This document shows, one piece after another, positions 1-7,911 of a stretch of 19,359 nt of DNA. The position numbers and the translations under genes were made by a program. The notes under the pieces are model-generated. The model was not told the DNA's origin. It was given only the letters and a program-made list of their open reading frames with translations, and did no database searches. Source of the stretch: an uncultured Dictyoglomota bacterium. Its GTDB lineage: Bacteria; Dictyoglomota; Dictyoglomia; Dictyoglomales; Dictyoglomaceae. Within the stretch, counting starts at the first letter, position 1. Every line of letters starts with the position of its first letter. The stretch covers positions 1-19,359 of the forward strand of contig CAZZIO010000068.1 in the NCBI GenBank assembly GCA_964654465.1. Reading direction: 5' to 3'.

Positions 1-11
1 ATATTTGTCAA

Positions 12-1064
12 TTACAATCTCAAAGAATCCCTATATATAACTTGAGCAGGTATTAGTACCCTCTTTTGAGTTATATTCTTGCCATGATTAATATCAATAA
101 TTATATTCAATATCTCTTTGACTATCTTCTCTACGTCCCATTTAAAAGTAGTTAATGAAGGCTTAATTTCAGTAGAAAGAGAAATATTATCACAACCTAT
201 TATACCAATTTCTTTACCAATATTTAATCTCTTCTCTTTTAACCTTTGTATTAAACCAATTCCCATCCAATCATTTGCAGTAAAAATACCTATAGGCTCT
301 CTAATTTTATTGTATATACTATAAATTTCATCGCCAATCATATACCCTGATGTATAATTCATTTTTGATTCTATAACCCTATAATTTATTCTAGTAGAAC
401 TTTTCACTCTATCTAAAAACCCAATTTTTCTAAGATAAGATGCGGTATATCTTTCTGGCCCTGCTAAATGTATTAAAAATAAATATCCAGACTTAATTAG
501 AATTTCAGCAGCCATCCATCCTATCCTATAATCATCTACAGAAACTTGTATAATCTCGTCATGATTCATATACTGTTCTATGGTCAAAATATACTTATAA
601 CTTCTCTTAACTTTTTCTATTAATTCATCATTTAAAAGACCTATCATAACGATAGGGATATCTTTATTTTTTTTACTTTCATTAGTAAGACTTTCTACAT
701 TTACAAAAAGGATCTTAAAACCATTAAGAGTAAAAATATTAGTTAGCTCCACAAAAAACCTTGCATAAAAAGGATCATCGCTTTTTATGTCAGGAGAGGA
801 TAAAATATGCACAATTTTATCTCGAGTCTTAGGTACAATATATGTGCCTTTCCCTTGAAATTGAATAAGTAATCCATAATTAATTAACTCTTTTATTACA
901 GAACGTATAGTAGTACGACTAACCTGAAAAGTTTCAGAAAGGTCTCTTTCTGAGGGTATTTTTACATAATCATACCCTCTATTCTCTTCTATCAGTTTTA
1001 ATATTTCTTCTTTAACTTTTTCTTTAACTAATGGTTTAAACTTCATTTTTAAACACAATACCAT
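12..1064 (-). CDS. GntR-family HTH fused to LacI/periplasmic-binding-protein-like sensor domain (AraR-type transcriptional regulator)
   Basis: N-terminal GntR wHTH (KIPSERDLSETFQVSRTTIR...QGKGTYI). C-terminal LacI-type motifs (FTANDWMGIG, IGIIGCDN, PSLTT, YRDS). The true start could be the second ATG at 1046. Confidence 0.9.
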   Translation of the reverse strand: MVLCLKMKFKPLVKEKVKEEILKLIEENRGYDYVKIPSERDLSETFQVSRTTIRSVIKELINYGLLIQFQGKGTYIVPKTRDKIVHILSSPDIKSDDPFYARFFVELTNIFTLNGFKILFVNVESLTNESKKNKDIPIVMIGLLNDELIEKVKRSYKYILTIEQYMNHDEIIQVSVDDYRIGWMAAEILIKSGYLFLIHLAGPERYTASYLRKIGFLDRVKSSTRINYRVIESKMNYTSGYMIGDEIYSIYNKIREPIGIFTANDWMGIGLIQRLKEKRLNIGKEIGIIGCDNISLSTEIKPSLTTFKWDVEKIVKEILNIIIDINHGKNITQKRVLIPAQVIYRDSLRL

Positions 1065-1125
1065 TTAAATACCACTTTAAATATAAAGGTATCATATTAG
1101 AAAAAAAAGTCAATTATTTTTAAGA

Positions 1126-1154
1126 TTGACTATGTGTAAGTTTAAATTTAATAT
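1126..1154 (+). promoter_or_regulatory. Putative sigma70 promoter of the DUF296-RraA pair
   Basis: TTGACT (1126-1131), 17 nt, TAATAT (1149-1154). SD-like AAGGGGTGA lies just upstream of ATG 1190. Confidence 0.5.
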
Positions 1155-1189
1155 CTTAACTATAAACATATTTAAAGGGGTGACAAAAT

Positions 1190-1624
1190 ATGAGAGCTTT
1201 TAAAAAAGCTAACACCCAGAAAAATGAAATAATAATTATCAATCTGGATCCTGAAGAATTTCTCATTGAAAGTATAGTTGATTATCTTAAAAACAATAAT
1301 ATTAAAAATGCTTGCGTGATTAGTGGAATTGGCACCTTAAAAAAATTAACATATCATCGTGTTCTTTCCACATCCATTTATCCCGAAAACGAATATCTAT
1401 CTTTAGAAGGACCTTTTGAACTATCTTCTCTTCAAGGAATGATAATAAACTATGAACCACATCTCCATTTCGTAGCTTCAGACTTAAAAAATACATATTC
1501 AGGCCATATTGAGTTTAATTCTCAAGTATTGTATCTAGCAGAAATTGTCTTATTAACATTGAATAACTTTTCTCTTAAAAGAAGGCTCAATGAAAAAAAT
1601 ATAAACATTATCGAGGAGGAATAA
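1190..1624 (+). CDS. PPC-domain (DUF296) protein, putative metal-binding
   Basis: SGIGTL, FELSSLQG, PHLHF...SGHI and AEIVL motifs typical of DUF296/PPC proteins; 144 aa. Confidence 0.85.
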   Translation: MRAFKKANTQKNEIIIINLDPEEFLIESIVDYLKNNNIKNACVISGIGTLKKLTYHRVLSTSIYPENEYLSLEGPFELSSLQGMIINYEPHLHFVASDLKNTYSGHIEFNSQVLYLAEIVLLTLNNFSLKRRLNEKNINIIEEE

Positions 1625-1629
1625 CCAAA

Positions 1630-2328
1630 ATGGTTTTCAATGATAAAGAAAATCAAGAACTTTTGAAACTTTTTGAGGGATTAAGAGTGGCAGATGTAAG
1701 AGATGGACTTGATTATCTTTTGTTACATCATAATTATAGTATTCCCTATACTATAAAACCTCTATTTCGTACAAGAATTGTTGGTATTGCAAAAACTGTT
1801 AGATATCTTCCTTATAAAGGAGAAATACCCAGAATGTCACCAAAAGAATATGCTGAATGGATGGGTTATTATTATAACAATATATGTACATATCCATGGT
1901 TAGATACAATTAAAAAAGGAGATTTTATAGTAATAGATCAAAGTTGTGTAGACGCAGGATTAATGGGATCAAACAACTCTCTATTAGGTTTCACTAAAGG
2001 AGTAGTTGGATATTTAACCAACGGAGGTCCAAGAGATTCTGATGAATTAATATTACAAAAGATTCCTTTTTGGTGTAAATTTATATCTCAGAAAACAGTA
2101 ATTGGAAGGTTGCAGTTTGATGCAATGAATATTCCTGTTAATATAGAAGGCGTAATTGTTAATCCAGGTGATATTGTAGTAGCAGATGGGGATGGAGTAG
2201 TCATAGTACCCCGTGAAAAAGCTTTTGAGGTAGCTATGTATGCCAGAAAAGAATTAGAAATGGATAAAGAGGGAAGAAGAAAACTATATGACATAATGGG
2301 CTGGAACTATGATGAAACAGTAAAATAA
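1630..2328 (+). CDS. RraA-family / HMG-CHA aldolase-like protein
   Basis: ADVRDGLD, G-x-A-x-T-V, GGPRDSDE and VNPGDIVVADGDGVVIVP motifs. SD GAGGAGG at about 1613-1619. Confidence 0.85.
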   Translation: MVFNDKENQELLKLFEGLRVADVRDGLDYLLLHHNYSIPYTIKPLFRTRIVGIAKTVRYLPYKGEIPRMSPKEYAEWMGYYYNNICTYPWLDTIKKGDFIVIDQSCVDAGLMGSNNSLLGFTKGVVGYLTNGGPRDSDELILQKIPFWCKFISQKTVIGRLQFDAMNIPVNIEGVIVNPGDIVVADGDGVVIVPREKAFEVAMYARKELEMDKEGRRKLYDIMGWNYDETVK

Positions 2329-2360
2329 AGAGGGAGGAGAAAAATCTCCTCCCTCTTTAT
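2325..2360. terminator. Bidirectional intrinsic terminator between convergent genes
   Basis: Perfect 16-bp inverted repeat ATAAAGAGGGAGGAGA-AAAA-TCTCCTCCCTCTTTAT filling the gap between the two stop codons. The U-tracts are short. Confidence 0.8.
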
Positions 2361-4646
2361 CTATTTTACTATTACATCACTTGAAAATTTTCTTTTCTCA
2401 GTTATTACTTTTGTCTCTTTAATCTGGAAATTACCTTTAAGTTTGATGTCTTCAGATGAAGACCCAATCATTACCTCAAAATTTCCTCTTTCTACCACAA
2501 ACCTCATAAACTCATCATAGAAAGCAAGTTGCTCAGGATACAAAATAAACTTAATAGTCTTTTCTTCTCCAGGATTTAAATAAATCTTTTTGAACCCCTT
2601 CAATTCTTTAACTGGCCTTTCTAAGCTTGCTATTTCATCATGTATATAAAGTTGTACAACTTCTTCTCCAGCTAGTTTTCCTACATTTTTTATTTTAAAA
2701 GTTATTTCAACAGATTCCAAGGAATTAACTATTTGAGGTTTTATCTCTAAATTGGAATATTCAAAATTTGTATAAGATAGACCATGACCAAAAGGATATA
2801 GGGCTTTAGCTTTAGCATCAACATAATCAGTAAAGGCAGAAGGCTTTCTATTATAATATACCGGTATTTGACCTGTTACAGCCGGAAAAGATATAGGAAG
2901 TTTTCCTGAAGGATTGTAATCACCAAATATAACATCAGCTACTGCATTTCCTCCTTCTTCTCCTGGATACCAAGCAGTTAAAATAGCATCCATATTTTCA
3001 TCTTCCCATTTCAAAGCCAATGGTCTTCCATGGATAAGAACAAGTATAATAGGTTTACCTAACTTCTTAAGCTCTTTGAGCAATTTCCTTTGGATCTCAG
3101 GAAGTTCTAATTCTGATCTATCATTACCTTCTCCAGATATACCTCTATGGAAAAGACCACTCTCTTCTCCCATAACAGCAATTATAACTTCTGACTTCTT
3201 AGCTTCTTCTAAGGCATTTCTTATATCTTCATCAGAACCATCCACTATATCACATCCTTTAGCATAATGAATATCTGTATTCTTAGAAACTTTATTTCTT
3301 ATTCCCTCAAGTATACTTACTGTTGGTACAGCACATACTTCTTCTATCTTCTGGCCTTCTAATGTTTCAGAAACAGATGGAATATGTACAGTATAACTAT
3401 AATCACCATGTAGATTTCTTGGATTATCAGCATTAGGACCTATAACTGCAATAGATTTTATATCTTTTGGAAGAGGAAGAATTCCATTATTCTTAAGTAA
3501 GACAATTGATCTTCTAGCAACATCTCTTGCCAGTTCACGATGTTCAGGAAGATCAAAAGTTTCATATACTTTCTTAGGCTCTTTCTCTTCTTCTTCGAAT
3601 AAGCCTAAAAGGAATTTTGCTCTCAATACTCTCTCCACAGAAGTATCTATAACTTCCTCTGAAATTAATCCTTCTTTTACTGCTTGAATGAGAGGTTCAC
3701 CATAACAATCAATTTCGGGTAACTCAATATCAATTCCTGCTTCAAGGGCTAAAACTGCAGCCTCTTTAGCATCCTTTGCCACTCTATGAAAATTTTCTAA
3801 CATCCTAATAGCAACATAATCAGAAACCACAAACCCTTTAAAGCCCCATTCCCATCTTAATATTTTAGTTAACAAAAATTTAGATGAAGCACAAGGTACA
3901 CCATCTATTTCATGGTATGCATTCATTAAAGAACCAGCTTGAGCCTCTTTTACAGCCACTTCAAATGGGAAAAGAAATACTTCTCTAAGTTCCCTTTCTC
4001 CAATTTTAGCTGGTCCTAAATTTCTCGCACCTTCAGAAATACCATAAGCAGTGAAATGCTTAATTGTAGCAACTATTCCTTCTTTCCAGTCCTCACCTTG
4101 AAGTCCTTTCACGTAAGCTGAAGCCATTCTTGAAACCAGATACGGGTCCTCTCCAAAAGTTTCTTCTGTTCTTCCCCATCTTGGATCTCTTGGGATATCA
4201 AGAACTGGAGCTAATCCTTGGTGAACGCCTACAGCCCTCATTTGTTGCCTAATAACATCAGTAACCTTCTGAATAAGATCTGGTTCAAAGGTGCTTGCCA
4301 TACCAATCGCTTGTGGAAAAGTAGTAGCACCCTTTGCTAAATATCCGCTAAGACATTCCTCATGAATAATGGCAGGAATTCCAAGTCTTGTTTTTTCTTT
4401 AAGAAACTTTTGAATCTTGTTTCTCAAAATAACTGCTTTCTCAGGTTCTACACCCTTATCACCAGCCAATCTTGTAATTTGACCAATTCCGTATTTCAAA
4501 TATTTTTGAGCTTTTTCCTCAGAAAATTCCCCATTATCATCTACTAAATTTTTAGCAAATACTGCTTGCAATTGTGCAATCTTCTCTTCGAGAGTCATCT
4601 TTTTAATTAATTCTTTAACCTTTTTACTTAACTCTTTTTCTTCCAT
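2361..4646 (-). CDS. Glycoside hydrolase family 3, probable cytoplasmic beta-xylosidase (GH3_N, GH3_C, Fn3-like)
   Basis: MTLEEKIAQL, HEECLSG, RDPRWGRTEETFGEDP, KHF, VVSDY (nucleophile Asp), GEGNDR, YPFGHGLSYT and ELKGF motifs. No signal peptide. SD AAGGAGGT at about 4653-4660. Confidence 0.92.
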   Translation of the reverse strand: MEEKELSKKVKELIKKMTLEEKIAQLQAVFAKNLVDDNGEFSEEKAQKYLKYGIGQITRLAGDKGVEPEKAVILRNKIQKFLKEKTRLGIPAIIHEECLSGYLAKGATTFPQAIGMASTFEPDLIQKVTDVIRQQMRAVGVHQGLAPVLDIPRDPRWGRTEETFGEDPYLVSRMASAYVKGLQGEDWKEGIVATIKHFTAYGISEGARNLGPAKIGERELREVFLFPFEVAVKEAQAGSLMNAYHEIDGVPCASSKFLLTKILRWEWGFKGFVVSDYVAIRMLENFHRVAKDAKEAAVLALEAGIDIELPEIDCYGEPLIQAVKEGLISEEVIDTSVERVLRAKFLLGLFEEEEKEPKKVYETFDLPEHRELARDVARRSIVLLKNNGILPLPKDIKSIAVIGPNADNPRNLHGDYSYTVHIPSVSETLEGQKIEEVCAVPTVSILEGIRNKVSKNTDIHYAKGCDIVDGSDEDIRNALEEAKKSEVIIAVMGEESGLFHRGISGEGNDRSELELPEIQRKLLKELKKLGKPIILVLIHGRPLALKWEDENMDAILTAWYPGEEGGNAVADVIFGDYNPSGKLPISFPAVTGQIPVYYNRKPSAFTDYVDAKAKALYPFGHGLSYTNFEYSNLEIKPQIVNSLESVEITFKIKNVGKLAGEEVVQLYIHDEIASLERPVKELKGFKKIYLNPGEEKTIKFILYPEQLAFYDEFMRFVVERGNFEVMIGSSSEDIKLKGNFQIKETKVITEKRKFSSDVIVK

Positions 4647-4683
4647 GATAATACCTCCTTATAAGCAAACGTTTTTATCTTAA

Positions 4684-4712
4684 ATTATAAACTAATAGGA
4701 TAAAAAAATCAA
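4684..4712 (-). promoter_or_regulatory. Putative sigma70 promoter of the GH3 gene
   Basis: Minus strand TTGATT (4712-4707), 17 nt, TATAAT (4689-4684). Confidence 0.65.
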
Positions 4713-4779
4713 AAAAGAATTACTAATCAAAATAATATATGTTATTATTATTTAAGACTACTTTGTTATGGAGGTAACT

Positions 4780-5670
4780 ATGGATAAGAATATAAAATTT
4801 AAAGTGGTAACAGACACTACGTCTGATATACCTACTGAGATAGGAAAAGGGCTTAATATTAATATAATTCCTTACTATATTCATATGGATGGAAAATCTT
4901 ATGAAGAAAATGTTGATATTCAGCCTGAAGATGTTTGGGAATATCTAAAAAAGGCTCCAGAAAATAACCTTCCTAAAACAGCATGTCCTGGTGTAGGAGA
5001 ATATTATGAGGTATTTAAAAAAATTTTAGAAGAAGGCTTATCTGTCTTAAGCATACATTTAACATCATGGGGAAGCGGTGCTTTTCAATCAGCCAGTACA
5101 GCAAAATCTATACTAAAAGAGGAAAATCCAAATTATGAAATAGAAGTTATAGATTCTAAAAGTGTTTCGTTAGGAACTGGGTTTATGGCTATAGAAGCTG
5201 CTCGAGCTGCACTAAAAGGATTATCTCTAAAAGAAGTAGTAGAACATATCCAAAAAATAAGAGAAAACTTATTTCATGCTTTTACTAATGAAACATTAAA
5301 ATATCTTGCAGCTGGTGGAAGGATAGGTAAAGCAAAGTATCTTTTAGCTGAAATATTAAATATCAATCCCATAATTTCAATTGATAAAGAGGGAGTCCTT
5401 TTTGCTTTAGATAAAGCAAGAGGAAGGCTTAATTCCTATCAAAAAATTATATTTCATATGCATGATTTTTTTAAAGAAAAAATCAGTTTGAATATAGGAT
5501 TACTTCATGCAAATGCATGGGAAGAGGTACAGAAATTAAAAGAAGAAATTGCTAAATATTTTGAAATAAAAGAAGTACTTATTAATAAATTATCAGCGGC
5601 TCTAAGTGTTCATTCTGGACCTGGCACTGTAGGTGTGATTGCCTATCCATCATCCCTTTCCATAGAGTAA
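4780..5670 (+). CDS. DegV family fatty-acid-binding protein (FakB-like)
   Basis: VVTDTTSDI, PKTACP, SGAFQSA, VIDSKSVSLGTG, LKYLAAGGRIG and VHSGPGTVG motifs. Start moved from 4768 to ATG 4780 because GGAGGT at 4770-4775 is a well-spaced SD. Confidence 0.92.
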   Translation: MDKNIKFKVVTDTTSDIPTEIGKGLNINIIPYYIHMDGKSYEENVDIQPEDVWEYLKKAPENNLPKTACPGVGEYYEVFKKILEEGLSVLSIHLTSWGSGAFQSASTAKSILKEENPNYEIEVIDSKSVSLGTGFMAIEAARAALKGLSLKEVVEHIQKIRENLFHAFTNETLKYLAAGGRIGKAKYLLAEILNINPIISIDKEGVLFALDKARGRLNSYQKIIFHMHDFFKEKISLNIGLLHANAWEEVQKLKEEIAKYFEIKEVLINKLSAALSVHSGPGTVGVIAYPSSLSIE

Positions 5671-5672
5671 AT

Positions 5673-5701
5673 TTGACAAAAACCATAATTTAATTTAAAA
5701 T
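5673..5701 (+). promoter_or_regulatory. sigma70 promoter for the FMN riboswitch-ribU transcript
   Basis: TTGACA (5673-5678), 17 nt, TAAAAT (5696-5701), immediately upstream of the riboswitch P1. Confidence 0.8.
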
Positions 5702-5713
5702 TATCGGCAAGGT

Positions 5714-5879
5714 ATTACCTTCGGGGCAGGGTGAGGGAAGAGATAAAGCTCTTCCCAATTCCCGACCGGCAGTGATGGTATCTCTACAAGAGATACCTAA
5801 GCCTGCGAGCAAGTCTTTTGGCTTGCAGACCTGGTGAGAATCCAGGGCCGACGGTATAGTCCGGATGGGAGAAGGTAAT
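5714..5879 (+). ncRNA. FMN riboswitch (RFN element)
   Basis: Conserved blocks TCGGGGCAGGGTGA..AATTCCCGACCGGC, AGCCTGCGA, GGTGAGAATCC and GCCGACGGTATAGTCCGGATGGGAGA. P1 is ATTACCTTC (5714-5722) paired with GAAGGTAAT (5871-5879). Lies upstream of an S-component gene. Confidence 0.96.
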
Positions 5880-5892
5880 TTATTTATTTGTA

Positions 5893-5930
5893 AAAAAAGC
5901 CCTGGGGGTAAATACCCCCAGGGCTTTTTT
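5893..5930 (+). terminator. Riboswitch-controlled intrinsic terminator
   Basis: GCCCTGGGGGT-AAAT-ACCCCCAGGGC stem (5899-5924) followed by TTTTTT (5925-5930), upstream of SD AAGGAGG. Confidence 0.9.
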
Positions 5931-5955
5931 AATTCTAAAAAAGGAGGTTGATAGC

Positions 5956-6489
5956 ATGACCACTAAAAAGCTTACAACAATTTCTATCTTAACAGCCTTA
6001 TCTATCATCTTATCAATAACAATCTATTTCCCCATTCTCCCCCAAGCCCCCTATTTATTGTATGATCCAGGAGATATTCCTTTATTATTAATAGCTTTGT
6101 ATTATGGTATTTCGGAGGGTATCATTGCAACTCTTATTGTGGCAATTTTGATGGCCATATTCACAGGCCAAGGTGGACCTATAGGAGCTCTTATGCATTT
6201 TATAGCCACAGGCACCTTAATAACAGTAGCTGGCATATTATACAGAAAAACAAAAAATAGAATTCTATCTCTATTTTTTGGAACAATAAGTATGGCTATA
6301 ACAATGGCAATTGCAAATTTAATACTCACTCCCATCTACTTAGGAGTACCAAGAAGTAGTATTATTCCATTAATTATTCCAGTGATAATTCCATTTAATT
6401 TAATTAAGGCTGGTGTCAATTCAATTATTGCTTATCTTATTTCCTCCATAAATACATTAACTAATTATCTATTGGAGAAGAAGGAATAG
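5956..6489 (+). CDS. ribU: ECF transporter S-component, probable riboflavin transporter
   Basis: Highly hydrophobic 177 aa with S-component motifs (YLLYDPGDIP, GGPIG, PFNLIK). Substrate assigned from the upstream FMN riboswitch. Confidence 0.85.
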   Translation: MTTKKLTTISILTALSIILSITIYFPILPQAPYLLYDPGDIPLLLIALYYGISEGIIATLIVAILMAIFTGQGGPIGALMHFIATGTLITVAGILYRKTKNRILSLFFGTISMAITMAIANLILTPIYLGVPRSSIIPLIIPVIIPFNLIKAGVNSIIAYLISSINTLTNYLLEKKE

Positions 6490-7333
6490 AAATGAACAAA
6501 GCTAAGAGTATAAGAAAAGCTCCAATAAACTGAATAAAAGATAATGATTCTTTTAATATAAAAAAGGCAAAAACAGTAGCAAAAACTGGTTCTAAGTTAT
6601 ATATTAAGGCTGATTTCGTAGGAGTAAGGTACTTTTGACCTATAAGTTGAAGTGTCAGAGTTAAAGAAGTAGCAATAGTACCTAAGTAAAAAACAGGAAG
6701 AAAAGATATAAAAATACTTTTTAAAGGGAGACTTCCTGTTTCAAAAAAAATATGGAACAATAATGCTAAAAGAGCTGTTAAAAAGAGTTCAGAAAAAGCA
6801 AGATCTAAAACTTCTTTTTTATGAACTACATATGCAATATAGACAATCTGGATAGCATAGAGTAATGCGCAAATAAAAACCAGGAAGTCTCCCCAATTTA
6901 CATAACCAATCTGCTTAAAATCGACAGTAAGCATAGTTAATCCTAAGAAGGCTATAGAAACCGAAAACCATAATCTAACACCAATTTTACTTCCCAAAAA
7001 TATTCTTTCAAAAAATGGTACCATTAAAACAGAAAGCCCAGTTATAAAAGCACCTTTAGTAGCAGTTGTAGATCTTAATCCAAAAGTTTGAAAAGCTATA
7101 GCTGAAAAATTAATAATTCCTAAAATTGATCCTGCCCAATTTATTGTTAAAGGATCCCTTTTAGCTATGAAATAAATACTTAAAGATAGACTTCCCAAAA
7201 AGAATCTTACAAATAAAAGAAAAAAAGGAGTAAGATATTTTAAAGATATCTTCGTCAAAGAAAATGTACTTCCCCATATTAAAGTTACAAAAATTAAAAT
7301 TAATGTACCTTTAATTTCCAATTTTCTCATCAT
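6461..7333 (-). CDS. EamA/DMT family permease
   Basis: About 10 TM segments in two EamA repeats; IWGSTF, QTFGL, GD, LEPVFA and E-x-L-x4-GA motifs. Confidence 0.9.
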   Translation of the reverse strand: MMRKLEIKGTLILIFVTLIWGSTFSLTKISLKYLTPFFLLFVRFFLGSLSLSIYFIAKRDPLTINWAGSILGIINFSAIAFQTFGLRSTTATKGAFITGLSVLMVPFFERIFLGSKIGVRLWFSVSIAFLGLTMLTVDFKQIGYVNWGDFLVFICALLYAIQIVYIAYVVHKKEVLDLAFSELFLTALLALLFHIFFETGSLPLKSIFISFLPVFYLGTIATSLTLTLQLIGQKYLTPTKSALIYNLEPVFATVFAFFILKESLSFIQFIGAFLILLALFISIPSSPIDN

Positions 7334-7341
7334 ATAGCAGA

Positions 7342-7352
7342 ATTATATCACA
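7342..7352 (-). promoter_or_regulatory. Extended -10 promoter of the EamA gene
   Basis: Minus strand TGTGA-TATAAT, ending 8 nt before ATG 7333. Confidence 0.6.
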
Positions 7353-7356
7353 ACGA

Positions 7357-7385
7357 TTTACAAATAAGCATATTTGGGTTAAGAT
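7357..7385 (+). promoter_or_regulatory. Putative sigma70 promoter of the DUF151-purH-glycosylase operon
   Basis: TTTACA (7357-7362), 17 nt, TAAGAT (7380-7385). SD GAGGTG precedes ATG 7420. Confidence 0.5.
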
Positions 7386-7419
7386 ATGATAAAAGGTCAA
7401 TCAAAAGAGGTGAAATATC

Positions 7420-7893
7420 ATGATGGTTGAGGTTTATATAGCAGGGCTAAGTTTAGATCCTCAAACCAATCAGTTTGTTGTTCTTTTAAGAGAAAAGCCA
7501 GAAGGAAAAAGATTCCTCCCAATATGGATAGGTCCTTTTGAAGCAAATGCTATTGCTATTGCTTTGGAAAAAATAGATATAGGGAGACCTCTTACCCATG
7601 ACCTTCTAAAAAATATAATTGAATCTTTAAATGCAAAGGTAGATAAAGTTTATATACACTCCCTAAAAGAAAATACTTTTTATGCGACCATCTTCTTAAA
7701 TGTAAGCGATAAAACATTAGAAATCGACTCCAGACCTTCTGATGCTATGGCCCTTGCTTTAAGAACTCAATCTCCCATTTATGTAGATTCCCAAGTATTG
7801 GAAGAAGCTGGTTTTGTAGAGGAATATAATGCAGAAGAAGAATTAACAAAACTATTAAGAGATTTAAATCCTGAAGAATTCAAAAAACAATAA
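7420..7893 (+). CDS. Bifunctional nuclease family protein (DUF151)
   Basis: LPIWIGPFEANAI, RPLTHDLL and IDSRPSDAMALALR signature motifs. Confidence 0.92.
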   Translation: MMVEVYIAGLSLDPQTNQFVVLLREKPEGKRFLPIWIGPFEANAIAIALEKIDIGRPLTHDLLKNIIESLNAKVDKVYIHSLKENTFYATIFLNVSDKTLEIDSRPSDAMALALRTQSPIYVDSQVLEEAGFVEEYNAEEELTKLLRDLNPEEFKKQ

Positions 7894-7911
7894 GAAGGAG
7901 GTTATATACTA

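Noticed and set aside
118-324. 68-aa plus-strand ORF
   Set aside because: Antisense shadow wholly inside the regulator gene; no SD or recognisable motif.
1091-1113. Minus-strand TTGACT...TATGAT as a promoter for the regulator
   Set aside because: The spacer is only 11 nt, incompatible with a canonical sigma70 promoter. The -10 alone may still function.
1-2328. Possible horizontally acquired low-GC islet
   Set aside because: By eye it is only modestly more AT-rich than other genes in the window. No integrase, tRNA or flanking repeats were seen, and it cannot be supported without computation.
2088-4547. Short ORFs 2088-2294, 3076-3267 and 4362-4547
   Set aside because: All are antisense to well-supported CDSs and have shadow-like composition.
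4678-4757. Imperfect inverted repeats in the GH3/DegV intergenic region (TCTTAAATTATAA with TTATTATTTAAGA; AATAATATATGTTATT)
   Set aside because: Almost pure A/T and explained by back-to-back -10 elements or chance.
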